DNA from: Candidatus Moraniibacteriota bacterium
Lineage (GTDB): Bacteria > Patescibacteriota > Minisyncoccia > Moranbacterales > UBA1568
Reading direction: 5' to 3'
Length of the DNA: 64,000 bases
Assembly (NCBI GenBank): GCA_017983435.1
Contig: JAGOBM010000003.1
Coordinates: 4,786-68,785, forward strand
A model generated the notes under the pieces. That model was not told where the DNA came from. It made no database searches and worked only from the letters and a program-made list of their open reading frames with translations. Shown piece after piece: positions 1 through 10,287 of this stretch. A program made the position numbers and the translations under genes. Within the stretch, counting starts at the first letter, position 1; each line of letters opens with the position of its first letter.

Positions 1-951
1 GGTAAGGCAGCGGAAACCTTCGAAGATCCCTTAATCGCTCTCGAAAAGTCCTATACCAAGGGCATCACCGATGAATTCGTCGAGCCGACCATTATCGCCT
101 CGGACAAGCAGCCGTTTACCCCTATCAAGGACGATGACGCCATCATTTTTTTCAACTTCCGAGAAGACCGGGCCCGTGAGCTGACCAAGGCCTTCGTCAC
201 ACGGGAATTTGACGGCTTTGATCGTGAGTATCTCGAGACTTTCTTCGTCACTATGACCGAATACGAACGAAACTTACCAGTGCATGTCGCCTTTGCCCCC
301 GAAGAAGTTGAGAACAGCCTCGGCGAGACGCTCTCGCTCGCCAGCAAGACGCAGCTCCGCATCGCCGAGACCGAGAAATACGCTCACGTCACGTACTTCT
401 TCAATGGCGGCAAGGAAAAACCGTTCCCAGGAGAAGACCGCATGCTCATCCCCTCCCCGACCGTCTCCCATTTCGACGAGGTCCCCGAAATGAGCGCGCC
501 CGAGGTCACTGAGAAGCTCGTCGAGACGCTCGAGCAAGACGCGTACGATTTCATCCTCGTCAACTACGCCAATGCGGATATGGTCGGTCATACCGGCAAT
601 GAAGAAGCGACTATCATCGCCTGCCAGGCCGCTGACAAAAGCCTCTCTCTCCTGATTCCTGCAGTACTTCGGCGCGGAGGCGCGCTTTTCATCACGGCCG
701 ATCACGGCAACGCCGAAGAGCTCAAGAATCTCGAGACTGGAGAAATCGATACCGAACATTCGACCAACCCGATCCCTCTCTGGTTCATCGCTCCCGACAA
801 CCATCGCGAGAAATCCGCCGACGAAATGGTCCGAGAGCAAAACGAGATCCGAGGCCTCCTCTCCGACGTCGCCCCGACTATTCTCGACCTCATGGGTGTC
901 AAGAAACCGGATGAAATGAACGGTGCTAGCCTCCTGAAAATCCTCCAGTGA
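1..951 (+). CDS. gpmI: 2,3-bisphosphoglycerate-independent phosphoglycerate mutase, C-terminal part (5' end lies outside the window)
   Basis: Frame 1 is open from base 1 to the stop at 951. Motifs NYANADMVGHTG and ITADHGNAE are typical of iPGM. Confidence 0.85.
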   Translation, partial: GKAAETFEDPLIALEKSYTKGITDEFVEPTIIASDKQPFTPIKDDDAIIFFNFREDRARELTKAFVTREFDGFDREYLETFFVTMTEYERNLPVHVAFAPEEVENSLGETLSLASKTQLRIAETEKYAHVTYFFNGGKEKPFPGEDRMLIPSPTVSHFDEVPEMSAPEVTEKLVETLEQDAYDFILVNYANADMVGHTGNEEATIIACQAADKSLSLLIPAVLRRGGALFITADHGNAEELKNLETGEIDTEHSTNPIPLWFIAPDNHREKSADEMVREQNEIRGLLSDVAPTILDLMGVKKPDEMNGASLLKILQ

Positions 952-1017
952 TCGATACTGGCCCAGCCGAAATCATGGTATAATAAGAAAGCTGGAGATA
1001 ATCAAGATAAAAAACGT

Positions 1018-1599
1018 ATGCAAAAATTCATGCATCAAGGACTCTACTGGAGCAAAGTGGTGGTGCTCGGCGTCATCCTCGGCATCGGAATACAATTCGC
1101 GGAAGCCTGGACCAACCCAACTGTTTCCCCTCCAGGCGGCAACATCGCTGGACCACTCAATACGGGAATTATAGATCAAATCAAAAACGCCTCTCTCGGT
1201 CTCACCGGAAATTTAGTGATTGGTGCCGGAGGAGGAGGTAATTCCCTTTGCCTCAACGGAGACTGTCGTACCACTTGGCCGAGTGGAGGTGCGACTATTT
1301 CAAATGGCAATTGTGCTGCTGGACAGGTAGTCCAATCTATCAGTCCCACCGGTGTCGTCACTTGCGGTTCAGACAATACCACTATTGGGTCAATCGTTGC
1401 TGGATGCTTCGGACAATGCTCAATGATAATCAATAATCCATCCTGCTCTAACGGACGTCAGTGTTGGGGCGGTGCCACCTACGGCAGAGACGGGATAATA
1501 ACCTGCCCATCCGGCACAAGTGTCATAAGACAGCTTGTGACGATTCCGGATTCTGAAGGCGGCTCATACTCAGCAGATGGTTTTTGCATCAAGCGGTAA
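1018..1599 (+). CDS. hypothetical secreted/membrane-anchored Cys- and Gly-rich protein
   Basis: N-terminal hydrophobic segment, 12 or more Cys, Gly-rich; no recognisable family. Confidence 0.45.
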   Translation: MQKFMHQGLYWSKVVVLGVILGIGIQFAEAWTNPTVSPPGGNIAGPLNTGIIDQIKNASLGLTGNLVIGAGGGGNSLCLNGDCRTTWPSGGATISNGNCAAGQVVQSISPTGVVTCGSDNTTIGSIVAGCFGQCSMIINNPSCSNGRQCWGGATYGRDGIITCPSGTSVIRQLVTIPDSEGGSYSADGFCIKR

Positions 1600-1621
1600 C
1601 CTTAAAGATATCCAGCAGAAA

Positions 1622-1654
1622 TCAAAAACACCCTTACGACGGGTGTTTTTGATT
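1622..1654 (+). terminator. rho-independent terminator-like hairpin (ACACCC...GGGTGT followed by a T-run)
   Basis: GC stem plus T-tract immediately after the 1018-1599 ORF. Confidence 0.5.
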
Positions 1655-1673
1655 TCCATTCTTGCATGCATTC

Positions 1674-2264
1674 TTACCCGATCATCCGATCGACGATGCC
1701 GTATTTCACCGCCTCTTCAGCTGACATGAAATAATCCCGGTCCGTGTCTTTCTCGATCTTGGCGATCTTCTGGCCGGTATGCTTGGCTAGGATCTTGTTG
1801 AGCCGATCCCGAGTCCGGAGTATATGCCGGGCATGAATATCGATTTCCGTCGCCTGCCCCTGTGTCCCACCAAGCACCTGATGGATCATCACCTCACTAT
1901 TCGGCAATACCATCCGTTTCCCTTTCTGGCCGGATGCCAGGAGGAGCGCCGCGGCCGAAGCGGCCATGCCGACGCAGATGGTCTGCACGTCCGCTTTCAC
2001 ATACTGCATCGTATCGTAGATAGCGAGCGCTGATGTCACCGAACCGCCCGGACTGTTGATATACATCTTGATATCCTCTTTCGGATTCTGGGAATCCAGG
2101 AAGAGGAGCTCAGCAATCACCGTATTGGCGACCGCGTCATCGATCGGCGATCCGATGAAGACGATACGATCGAGCAGGAGACGCGAATAGATATCGTACG
2201 CCCGCTCGCCGAAGCTCGTCTTCTCGACCACCATGGGAACCAAATAGTTGTTGTGCATAGACAT
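1674..2264 (-). CDS. clpP: ATP-dependent Clp protease proteolytic subunit
   Basis: INSPGGSV and [14 protein letters not shown] motifs, 196 aa. Confidence 0.9.
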   Translation of the reverse strand: MSMHNNYLVPMVVEKTSFGERAYDIYSRLLLDRIVFIGSPIDDAVANTVIAELLFLDSQNPKEDIKMYINSPGGSVTSALAIYDTMQYVKADVQTICVGMAASAAALLLASGQKGKRMVLPNSEVMIHQVLGGTQGQATEIDIHARHILRTRDRLNKILAKHTGQKIAKIEKDTDRDYFMSAEEAVKYGIVDRMIG

Positions 2265-2485
2265 ATCCTACTATTCAGGGATTAGGAAAGACATTGGAGA
2301 TGCGAGATATTTCTCTGTCGTCGTTTCCTTTCGGGAGCCGCTTTTCACCGAAGCGGGCCGGTTTTCTGTTCGAAGAACAGAAAGAGCGCAGGTGAAAAAA
2401 GAATGAGCGGAGCCGCTGGGCGGAGCGAGTGCGCTCCCGAAGGGAAATGCGACGGGGAAATATCCTTTCCCCCTGCTCAATAGAA

Positions 2486-3790
2486 CTACAGCTTCTCGAG
2501 CATCTCGAAGACCTTTTCGTTGCGGAGACGTCCGCGTGTCGAAGCATAGAGCCGTTCAAGATCGATATTCTTCTCGGCATCCTTGACCCGCTTGTAGTAC
2601 TGAAGCGTGTTATTCATCTCTTCCTCGACTTCCTTCGAATCGATCTCGACCTCATCCTCATCTGCGAGCTTCTCCAGAATGATACCGGCCGAGAGCCGCT
2701 TCTTCGCCTGTTCATTCCAATCCTTCCGAAGATCATCCAAAGACTTCTTGGAATGCTCCAGATACTGCTCAAACGGAATGCCCATCATCTCGACCTGAGA
2801 CTGGAATTCCTGTGTCATACGATTAAGCTCTTCGGCGACCAGGATTTCGGGAAACTCGATAGTCGCCTTGCCGACCAGCGCATCCAAAATCGCAGTCCGT
2901 CCTTCTTCCTTTCCTTTGTGCTTCTTCTCTTCCAGGATGCCTTCCGAAAGCGTCTTCTTGAAATCCTCGAGTGTCTCGAAGGAGCCGAGGCTCTTGGCAA
3001 ATTCGTCATCGATAGCCGGGATCTGGCGCTCCTGCACCAGCCGCAGCTTCACGGCAAACTCAGCCGGCTTACCTGCCAGATGCGTCGCGTGATAATCCTC
3101 CGGAAATGAGAGCGTCATCGTTTTTTCTTCCCCTTCCTGCATACCGACGATCCCTTCCTCAAAGCCCGGGATAAAGACACCCTTACCGAGCACGAGCGGG
3201 TGCTTCTCGCTTTTCCCGCCTTCGATCACGACACCATCCTGCTTGACTTCAAAATCAACTTCTACGCTGTCCTCAAGCTGCGCCGGACGCGCGACAGTCA
3301 CGAACTTCGCCCGCATCGTCGCCAGCCGGTTCAATTCATCCTCGATCTCTTTCGGTTCGACTGCGAGCGCAGTCATCTTCTTGGCGTGAGCCGCGTTGGC
3401 TTCTTTGACAGCTTTCTTCCATTCGGCGAGCTTCACTTCCGGCATCACCGCTGTCGTGATCACATAAGCCAGAGATTCACCCTCCTTGACGGCTTCAAGC
3501 TTCACTTCCGGCTGTCCGATCGCATCGACTTTCTCCTGTTCGAGCGCCCGCGCATACGAATGAGACACCGCGTGCTCAGCAGCCTCCATCAAGAGAGCCT
3601 CTTTTCCATAGCGCTTCTCCAGCACATCGCGAGGCACCTTGCCTGGACGAAACCCGGGGATCTTCACATCTTTGGCCATATGTTCCGCAGCGTGATCCAT
3701 CTCCTTCTTCCATTCATCCCACGCGAGCGTGATAGAGAGCTCCGCCTTCGACTGCGGCAATTTCTTTACGACGATATCCATACTCAGCAA
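2486..3790 (-). CDS. tig: trigger factor
   Basis: 434 aa with a PPIase-type middle domain (GFRPGKVP). Sits directly upstream of clpP, as in many bacteria. Confidence 0.85.
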   Translation of the reverse strand: MLSMDIVVKKLPQSKAELSITLAWDEWKKEMDHAAEHMAKDVKIPGFRPGKVPRDVLEKRYGKEALLMEAAEHAVSHSYARALEQEKVDAIGQPEVKLEAVKEGESLAYVITTAVMPEVKLAEWKKAVKEANAAHAKKMTALAVEPKEIEDELNRLATMRAKFVTVARPAQLEDSVEVDFEVKQDGVVIEGGKSEKHPLVLGKGVFIPGFEEGIVGMQEGEEKTMTLSFPEDYHATHLAGKPAEFAVKLRLVQERQIPAIDDEFAKSLGSFETLEDFKKTLSEGILEEKKHKGKEEGRTAILDALVGKATIEFPEILVAEELNRMTQEFQSQVEMMGIPFEQYLEHSKKSLDDLRKDWNEQAKKRLSAGIILEKLADEDEVEIDSKEVEEEMNNTLQYYKRVKDAEKNIDLERLYASTRGRLRNEKVFEMLEKL

Positions 3791-3804
3791 TCAGCAATGA
3801 CGAA

Positions 3805-4338
3805 TTATTTGGAAAACTTCTCCTTATACATCTTGAGTCCTTTCTTCACGGTAGCGATAGCCGCTGCCTTGTTCTCGACGCCCTTCACGACTACCTTCTT
3901 GCCATCCTCGATCGTCTTGTAGGTCTCGAAGAAATGCTGGATTTCTTTGATCGTATGCTTGTTGATATCGCCGAGATTGATGACATCATCGAAGCGGGGA
4001 TCACTCTTCGGCACCGCGATAATCTTGTCATCGCCTTCACCGCAATCGATGACCCGCATCACCGCGACCGGCCGGGCCTCGACGAGGATACCTGGGACGA
4101 GCGGCGAGGTCGTCAACAGTACGACATCGAGCGGATCATTGTCTTCCCAGAGGCTCTGCGGAACGAATCCGTAATCGAACGGGTAATCCTGGCTTGTCTT
4201 CATGGCGCGATCGAGCTTGATCAGACCGGTTTCCTTGTCGATCTCGTACTTATTCTTCGAGCCTTTCGGTATCTCGACGATCACATTGATGATATTCGGA
4301 ACATTCTTCCCGCAGGAGATTTCATGCCACAAATTCAT
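3805..4338 (-). CDS. ppa: inorganic pyrophosphatase (family I)
   Basis: 177 aa with a DPLDVVLL-type signature. Confidence 0.85.
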   Translation of the reverse strand: MNLWHEISCGKNVPNIINVIVEIPKGSKNKYEIDKETGLIKLDRAMKTSQDYPFDYGFVPQSLWEDNDPLDVVLLTTSPLVPGILVEARPVAVMRVIDCGEGDDKIIAVPKSDPRFDDVINLGDINKHTIKEIQHFFETYKTIEDGKKVVVKGVENKAAAIATVKKGLKMYKEKFSK

Positions 4339-4396
4339 AAGCTTGCAGATTGAAAAAAATTATTCGGATACGGAGATGATACAGGTAGCTGCTTCG

Positions 4397-5716
4397 TTAC
4401 TCCGCTTTCGCTTCGGATGCGACTTCCGCGGCCGATTCAACGCCCTCCGCTACCGTCTCTTCCGAGATCTCGATCGGAGCCACTGGCTCAGTATCGCTCA
4501 TCACCGGTTCGGCATCTGCCAAAAGCGTCGCCTCATCTCCAGCTACATCGATCTTCCAGCCCGAAAGCTTGGCGGCCAGACGCACGTTCTGCCCACGCTT
4601 GCCGATAGCGAGCGAAAGCTGATCCTGAGGCACTTTTACGAGCGCGCGCTTCTCTTCTTCGAACAGCTCGACGGAGAGCGCCTTAGCTGGTGACAAAGCT
4701 GCAGTAATGAATTTCTTCGCGTCATCGCTCCATTCGATGATATCGATCTTCTCGCCTCCCAGCTCATCAATGACCGCCTGGACGCGCGTACCCTTCTGAC
4801 CGACACATGAACCGATCGGATCGACTCCTTCTTCGGAAGTCGAGACAGCCAGCTTGGTGCGAGACCCGGCTTCCCGGGCGATCGCCTTGATTTCCACCGT
4901 TCCGGTGAAGATCTCCGGCACTTCGAGCGAGAACAGGTGGCGGACCATCTCCGGATGCGTGCGGGACAAGAGCAGTCCCGGACCGCGGGTATCAGCTTCG
5001 ACACGGACGAGATACACTTTCAGATGCTGACCGATACGATAATTCTCGCCTTCGACCTGTTCGGAAGGAAACAGGACACCGATCGACTTACCCAAATCAA
5101 TGAAGACATTGCGGCCTTCGATGCGCTGGATGATGCCGTTCACGACCTGACCCTCCTTCTCCTTGTATTCTTCATACATCGTCTCGCGCTCCGCCTCACG
5201 GATGCGCTGGATGACGACCTGCTTCGCGGTCTGCGCTGCGACACGGCCGAACTCCTCATGCGCCTCAAGCGGCAGCTCCAGGACATCTCCGACCTGGGCA
5301 TCTTTCTTAATCAGGCGAGCCTCTTCGAGCGTCAGATCGCGCTCGGCGTTGTACCGCGGCAGACGATCTTCATCACCCTCGACATGCTCAGGCTCTTCAT
5401 GCTGCGAAGCCGGCGCGCCCTCTTCGAGGATTTCCTCCTCCACAAATTCGCGAGTCGTCTCATCGACCACTTCCTTCACGAGAAAATACGAAGCTGCCTT
5501 CGAAACCTCATCGAATTTCGATTTGATCACCTGGCCCTTCTTGCCATAATCCTTCTTGTAAGCAGCTGCCAGCGCCGCTTCGACGACTTCCAGGACGCGA
5601 TCCTTCGAAAGCCCCTTCTCATCGGCGATCTGCATGACCGCGCTGCCAAATTCCCCGAGACGTCCCGAAAGACTCTCTCCGGCATCTACCGGTTCTGCGA
5701 CTTTTTTGGTCGGCAT
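4397..5716 (-). CDS. nusA: transcription termination/antitermination factor NusA
   Basis: S1 domain (VNGIIQRIEGRNVFIDLG), KH domains, acidic C-terminal tail; 439 aa. Confidence 0.85.
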   Translation of the reverse strand: MPTKKVAEPVDAGESLSGRLGEFGSAVMQIADEKGLSKDRVLEVVEAALAAAYKKDYGKKGQVIKSKFDEVSKAASYFLVKEVVDETTREFVEEEILEEGAPASQHEEPEHVEGDEDRLPRYNAERDLTLEEARLIKKDAQVGDVLELPLEAHEEFGRVAAQTAKQVVIQRIREAERETMYEEYKEKEGQVVNGIIQRIEGRNVFIDLGKSIGVLFPSEQVEGENYRIGQHLKVYLVRVEADTRGPGLLLSRTHPEMVRHLFSLEVPEIFTGTVEIKAIAREAGSRTKLAVSTSEEGVDPIGSCVGQKGTRVQAVIDELGGEKIDIIEWSDDAKKFITAALSPAKALSVELFEEEKRALVKVPQDQLSLAIGKRGQNVRLAAKLSGWKIDVAGDEATLLADAEPVMSDTEPVAPIEISEETVAEGVESAAEVASEAKAE

Positions 5717-5871
5717 ACATTTCTTCTTAATAATGACTTATATAATGAGTGAAACTATGGTTTTGTGCCATATTTCAAGAAAAAAAGCCCGCTTACGCGA
5801 ACTTCATCCCTCCTTCACTGTACGCTCCCAGTATAGCAAAAACCGGACCGGCCGTCAATACAAGATAAACG

Positions 5872-6867
5872 CTAATACCCATTGTCCTCAAGCCGGCTGA
5901 AATACATGTCGACATCGCTGATCCACTTCTTGACGCTCTCCCGACTATGACCCTCACAGGAAAACCCGCATTTCCAGAGAATCATCTTTTCTGGCGTATT
6001 GAGCTGCTCGGAATAGACGAGCTTCTCGATTCTTCGCGCGACCGTATCGACCGCATCCTTGCGACTATTGAAACAGGTATGGCCTCCAGTCCCCATCAGA
6101 CGCCGCACTCCGCGATAGCCCCAATAATTGAAGCAGTCCTGACCCTCAAGCACCGGGACCCGCTTCCCCCAATTGCTCTCCTTTTTCGCGATGCTCACCA
6201 AGAATGCCGCAACGGTCCGGTCTTTCTCGAAGATATACGGAAGCATCGGTTCGATTGGATATCCCTTCACCATCTCGGTGATCTTGGTTCGGTATTCCTC
6301 TTCCGCCACTTCGCTGAAATATTCCAAAAAGACGTCTTCCTGCGAAGCGGAGATAGTAGCGGATTCATCTTCGAGAAAAGTCTCGGCCATAGTCTCGGCG
6401 GCATCCGGCTTCTCCTCGGCCAGCGGAGCGGTCTCCTCCTCGATCGCAGCCATATCAGCATCCGACTGAGCCAGCACTCCATGATCAAGCAGCATAAAAG
6501 TCATCGCCGTCATGAATACGCCGAATGCGACTCCACCAAAAACAGAGACATAGAAAGTTTGACGGGAAGAGAGCGCCAGAGCCGGCGTATGCGAGAACAC
6601 TCCACTATCAAAAGCTCGGGTCCGACGCCAGAGCCCGAGAATGTACGCTCTGAGCCCGCTCCACCGATCCCTGAGACTCCGACGTGGTAGCGGATCAAGA
6701 GTCAATTTTTGTGCCACAACCACACCATCCAGCATACGTTGCTGGACCCGTGTTCGATCGATAGATGTCTGCGGCTGCGTCGGAGCCGGATGATGCCGAT
6801 AGGCGATAGCCGGTCTTTCTGACCGTATACCATCCATACCCCCCTGACGCCGTGCTTTGATGTCCAT
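5872..6867 (-). CDS. membrane-anchored protein with a glucosaminidase-like (FlgJ-type) C-terminal domain; putative peptidoglycan hydrolase
   Basis: Internal TM helix and a KKESNWG motif resembling the ESGWG motif of mannosyl-glycoprotein endo-beta-N-acetylglucosaminidases. The assignment is tentative. Confidence 0.4.
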   Translation of the reverse strand: MDIKARRQGGMDGIRSERPAIAYRHHPAPTQPQTSIDRTRVQQRMLDGVVVAQKLTLDPLPRRSLRDRWSGLRAYILGLWRRTRAFDSGVFSHTPALALSSRQTFYVSVFGGVAFGVFMTAMTFMLLDHGVLAQSDADMAAIEEETAPLAEEKPDAAETMAETFLEDESATISASQEDVFLEYFSEVAEEEYRTKITEMVKGYPIEPMLPYIFEKDRTVAAFLVSIAKKESNWGKRVPVLEGQDCFNYWGYRGVRRLMGTGGHTCFNSRKDAVDTVARRIEKLVYSEQLNTPEKMILWKCGFSCEGHSRESVKKWISDVDMYFSRLEDNGY

Positions 6868-6875
6868 TTTCTGTC

Positions 6876-7292
6876 TTATTTTGTATTCTCAGCTCCGGAA
6901 GATACCACTGACATATCCAATCCGGCTTTTTCTGCCAGAACCTTCTCGACACCAGGCTCGCCAATGTAGCACTGTCCATCCGCATAGAGGAAGGGCACCC
7001 CGATCTCTTTCGAATCAAGATTACATGCCTTGGCACGGCGTTCCATTTCCCTGGCATTCGTCCGATCTTTCCAGGTCTCTTTCTTCACGAATTGCACCTT
7101 CTCTGCGATCTTATTCGTCTCGATGAATTCATCGACTTTCTTGCAGTGTGGGCAGCCATCCCCCCAGTACAGCGTCATCTGCTCATCGAGCGGCCCATCC
7201 TGATTCGCTCCAGGATCCGACGACACCCCCCAGTAGATAATACCCGCCAAAACGCACGCGAGTAGGACAAAAAAAAGAGTCAGTTGTTTCAT
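6876..7292 (-). CDS. thioredoxin-fold protein (CPHC active site), membrane-anchored
   Basis: N-terminal TM/signal and WGDGCPHCKK CxxC motif. Confidence 0.6.
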   Translation of the reverse strand: MKQLTLFFVLLACVLAGIIYWGVSSDPGANQDGPLDEQMTLYWGDGCPHCKKVDEFIETNKIAEKVQFVKKETWKDRTNAREMERRAKACNLDSKEIGVPFLYADGQCYIGEPGVEKVLAEKAGLDMSVVSSGAENTK

Positions 7293-7319
7293 GTCGGTAC
7301 AGTTATAATAGTCTTTCTA

Positions 7320-8153
7320 TTATACCATATCCCGATACTTCCCCCGGAGGAGCCACAGAATCACCCCGCCCAGACCGATCAACCCGAGAGAGAGCCATTG
7401 TCCGAGTGAAAATTCGAAGGCCAGGAGCCCTACCTGGATATCCGGCTCGCGGAAATATTCCAACAGAAAACGTACCCATCCATAGAGGAAAAGAAACCAT
7501 GCCCCCATCTGTCCAGACCGAGATACGACATAACGACGGAGCAGGCTCAGGACAACGAAGAGTAACACACCCTCGCCGAGCGCCTCATAGAGAGGTGACG
7601 GATGCCGCAGCACGCTATCCGCCAGAGGGAAATAGACTCCCCACACCATTTCCGTTGGACGCCCCCAAAGCTCGCCATTCATGAAGTTTCCGATACGCCC
7701 GAAGAATATCCCCAACGGAACCGCGAGAACGATACGGTCTATCCAGATCAGGAAATCCTGCTGCTGTCGCGCCGTCCAGATGAAACAAGCGAGCGCGAGA
7801 CCGACAAGCGCTCCATGGAAACTCAGTCCGGAAAATCCGACGTACCCTCCGGAGAGAGGATCGAACGGCGAGATGAGGGCCAGCGGATACTCCAGGAAAT
7901 ATGCCGGGGCATACCAGAGAGCGTAGCCGAGACGTGCCCCTATCAGAGCACCGATCAGCATGACGAACAAGAACTCATCTACAAGCGCACTGCGAGCGCC
8001 CCCGAGATGATGTTTCTGATCTCTTTTGAGCCAGAGCCACACGGCGGCGATACCCAGTAGAAAACAGATACCATACCAATGCACCGACAAAAAACCGATC
8101 GAGAACGCGACCGGATCGAGCCATTCGAGAAGATGCTGCCACATGCCGATCAT
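7320..8153 (-). CDS. lgt: prolipoprotein diacylglyceryl transferase
   Basis: GRIGNFMNGELWG signature, multi-TM, 277 aa. Confidence 0.85.
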   Translation of the reverse strand: MIGMWQHLLEWLDPVAFSIGFLSVHWYGICFLLGIAAVWLWLKRDQKHHLGGARSALVDEFLFVMLIGALIGARLGYALWYAPAYFLEYPLALISPFDPLSGGYVGFSGLSFHGALVGLALACFIWTARQQQDFLIWIDRIVLAVPLGIFFGRIGNFMNGELWGRPTEMVWGVYFPLADSVLRHPSPLYEALGEGVLLFVVLSLLRRYVVSRSGQMGAWFLFLYGWVRFLLEYFREPDIQVGLLAFEFSLGQWLSLGLIGLGGVILWLLRGKYRDMV

Positions 8154-9223
8154 GCTCCGGTTTTCGCTTCGTTATAAGCCTTCAGCTGACGATGGAATTC
8201 GACCATGTAGATTTCTGACAACGCCATGAACAGTGCCACGATGATCGGTCCGATGATGAACCCGGAAAGACCGAACAATGAAAGTCCTCCAAGCGTCGCG
8301 AAGAAGACCAGGAGCGGATGCATATCTGTGTCCTTGCCGACCAGTTTCGGACGGAGCACATTGTCAATCGTCGATATGACGCCGGCTCCGACACCGAGGA
8401 TGAATATTCCCTCCCAGACATGTCCCAGAAGCAGCATACTCACGCCCGCCGGGACCCAGACAATGCCCGCTCCGACCATCGGAATAACCGAGAACAGCAC
8501 CATGATCATGCCCCAGATAAGCGGCGACGGCACTCCGGCCACCCAGAACATCAGTCCTCCGAGCACACCCTGTACAATACCCACCAAGAGCGTCCCCTTG
8601 AGGGTCGCGCGGCTGATGGAGACGAATTTGCGCATGAGCAGCTTGTCATGCTCATCACGGAGCGGACTGATACGCATGAGATAGTCGAGCGCGCGGTGAC
8701 CATCGATGAGAAAATAATAAAGCGCGAAGAACATAACGAAGACCCAGAGCAGGAAGCTCGCGATACCCTGATAGGCTGCCTGGAGCAATCCCAGAGCATT
8801 CTTGCCTATCTCGCGGAGATCCGCGGAGAAGGTATCGATATTGACGATATCCGGTCCAAAAGCCGGGCCGATGACCGGTATCTGATTCACCTGCGCTATG
8901 AAAGAGCGGATCGATGATTCGAGAGACTGTCCTGATCCGGCCGCGTGATAGAGGTCATTCGCCTCATTGACCGCAAAACTGAGGGCCGTAAAGATAGGTG
9001 CGATGATGACGACCGCCACGATCAGACAGGTGATGAGAGCGCTCGTCACCTCGCTACCTCGCAGCCACCGGAGCAATCGCTGATAGGTTTTCTGGAAAAG
9101 CACCGCGAGTATAGCCGCCACGACCATCGCCGTAAAAAACGGCAGGAAAAGGAAGATGACTCCGACTCCGACAATCAGGAGCAGCAGGAAAAAGAAAGAG
9201 ATGTTGAAATGACGTAGTTCCAT
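8150..9223 (-). CDS. AI-2E family transporter (PerM/YhhT-like)
   Basis: Eight predicted TM helices; the GIVQGVLGGLMFWVAGVPSPLIWGMIMVLFSVIPMVG region is typical of AI-2E. Confidence 0.8.
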   Translation of the reverse strand: MELRHFNISFFFLLLLIVGVGVIFLFLPFFTAMVVAAILAVLFQKTYQRLLRWLRGSEVTSALITCLIVAVVIIAPIFTALSFAVNEANDLYHAAGSGQSLESSIRSFIAQVNQIPVIGPAFGPDIVNIDTFSADLREIGKNALGLLQAAYQGIASFLLWVFVMFFALYYFLIDGHRALDYLMRISPLRDEHDKLLMRKFVSISRATLKGTLLVGIVQGVLGGLMFWVAGVPSPLIWGMIMVLFSVIPMVGAGIVWVPAGVSMLLLGHVWEGIFILGVGAGVISTIDNVLRPKLVGKDTDMHPLLVFFATLGGLSLFGLSGFIIGPIIVALFMALSEIYMVEFHRQLKAYNEAKTGA

Positions 9224-9309
9224 AGTGATTCCATTATCGCATGAGATACGGAGAGAAACAACTCACTTCTGGGTAACTATCTCAAACCTCACCATGAGGT
9301 TTGAGATAG

Positions 9310-10275
9310 TTACTGATCCAAAAACTCCACGAATGCCTTTTTCTCATGTCGAGGAAAAGAGGCCTTGCCGGAAAGGATCTGTACATTGACGAGTATGACT
9401 CCCCGTCGCATATCTTTCTTAGGCGGTCTTACCGAGACACTGAGACCGAAGCGGCGGAGAAACCAGTCTTTGATACCGCTCCGCGACGATGCATAGCCTT
9501 TCGGCAGGATAAACGGCTGATAGCGGTCGTTCCGTGAAGAGAGATACTCGCGATGCCCCTCATGCAGCACGATATATGTCTTGGCACGCGACCAATCGAC
9601 GGATGAGCTCGCTATTTCTTTCTCGACGCTCTCGCCTACACCCTTCTCCCGTCGATACCGGCAGCGCGCTGCGAGCGGGCAGGCGCCACATTTCGGACGG
9701 CCGGTGCAGAGACTACTTCCGAGATCCATGAGCGCTGCGTTGAGCTCCGGCGCGGCGAGCGTCAGTCGATCTTCCACATCATAGACGTCCGCCACTCTCT
9801 TGCTCCCGAAAAAGAACCGACCGATCACCCGCCGAAGATTTGTATCCCAAGCGATGATCTGCTGTCCATAGGCGAAACTGAGAATAGCAGCGGCCGTATA
9901 GGGACCAATACCCGGAATATTTTCAAGCGCCTTTCTGTCCTGAGGAAATATTCCCTGATACTTCTCCATGATCAAAACCGCCGCCTTGAGCATGTTTCGG
10001 CCGCGCGCGTAATAACCCAAACCCTCGTAGTAAGGCAAGAACTCCTCCCACGTCGCTTGCGCCAATGTCTCCAGAGTCGGGAAGCGCTCAAGAAATCTCG
10101 TATAATAAGCGATGACCCGCGAGACCTGGGTCTGCTGCAGCATGATCTCGGACACCCAGACCTCATACGCCGTAATGTTTTTCTTCCGCCACGGCAGATG
10201 TTCACGACCGGCTTTATGGAAAAAGTCAGCCACGGTCTGTTCAAAAAAATCTACCTTGTCTTTCCGAATCAACAT
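9310..10275 (-). CDS. mutY: A/G-specific adenine DNA glycosylase (HhH-GPD plus 4Fe-4S)
   Basis: LQQTQV and GIGPYTAAAIL HhH-GPD motifs; CxxxxxxCxxCxxxxxC cluster loop. Confidence 0.75.
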   Translation of the reverse strand: MLIRKDKVDFFEQTVADFFHKAGREHLPWRKKNITAYEVWVSEIMLQQTQVSRVIAYYTRFLERFPTLETLAQATWEEFLPYYEGLGYYARGRNMLKAAVLIMEKYQGIFPQDRKALENIPGIGPYTAAAILSFAYGQQIIAWDTNLRRVIGRFFFGSKRVADVYDVEDRLTLAAPELNAALMDLGSSLCTGRPKCGACPLAARCRYRREKGVGESVEKEIASSSVDWSRAKTYIVLHEGHREYLSSRNDRYQPFILPKGYASSRSGIKDWFLRRFGLSVSVRPPKKDMRRGVILVNVQILSGKASFPRHEKKAFVEFLDQ

Positions 10276-10287
10276 AAGGGTTCATCA

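Noticed and set aside
2265-2485. Hairpin-rich tig-clpP intergenic region as a possible CtsR/HrcA-type operator or attenuator.
   Set aside because: No CtsR (GGTCAAA) or CIRCE consensus is found; several short hairpins alone are insufficient.
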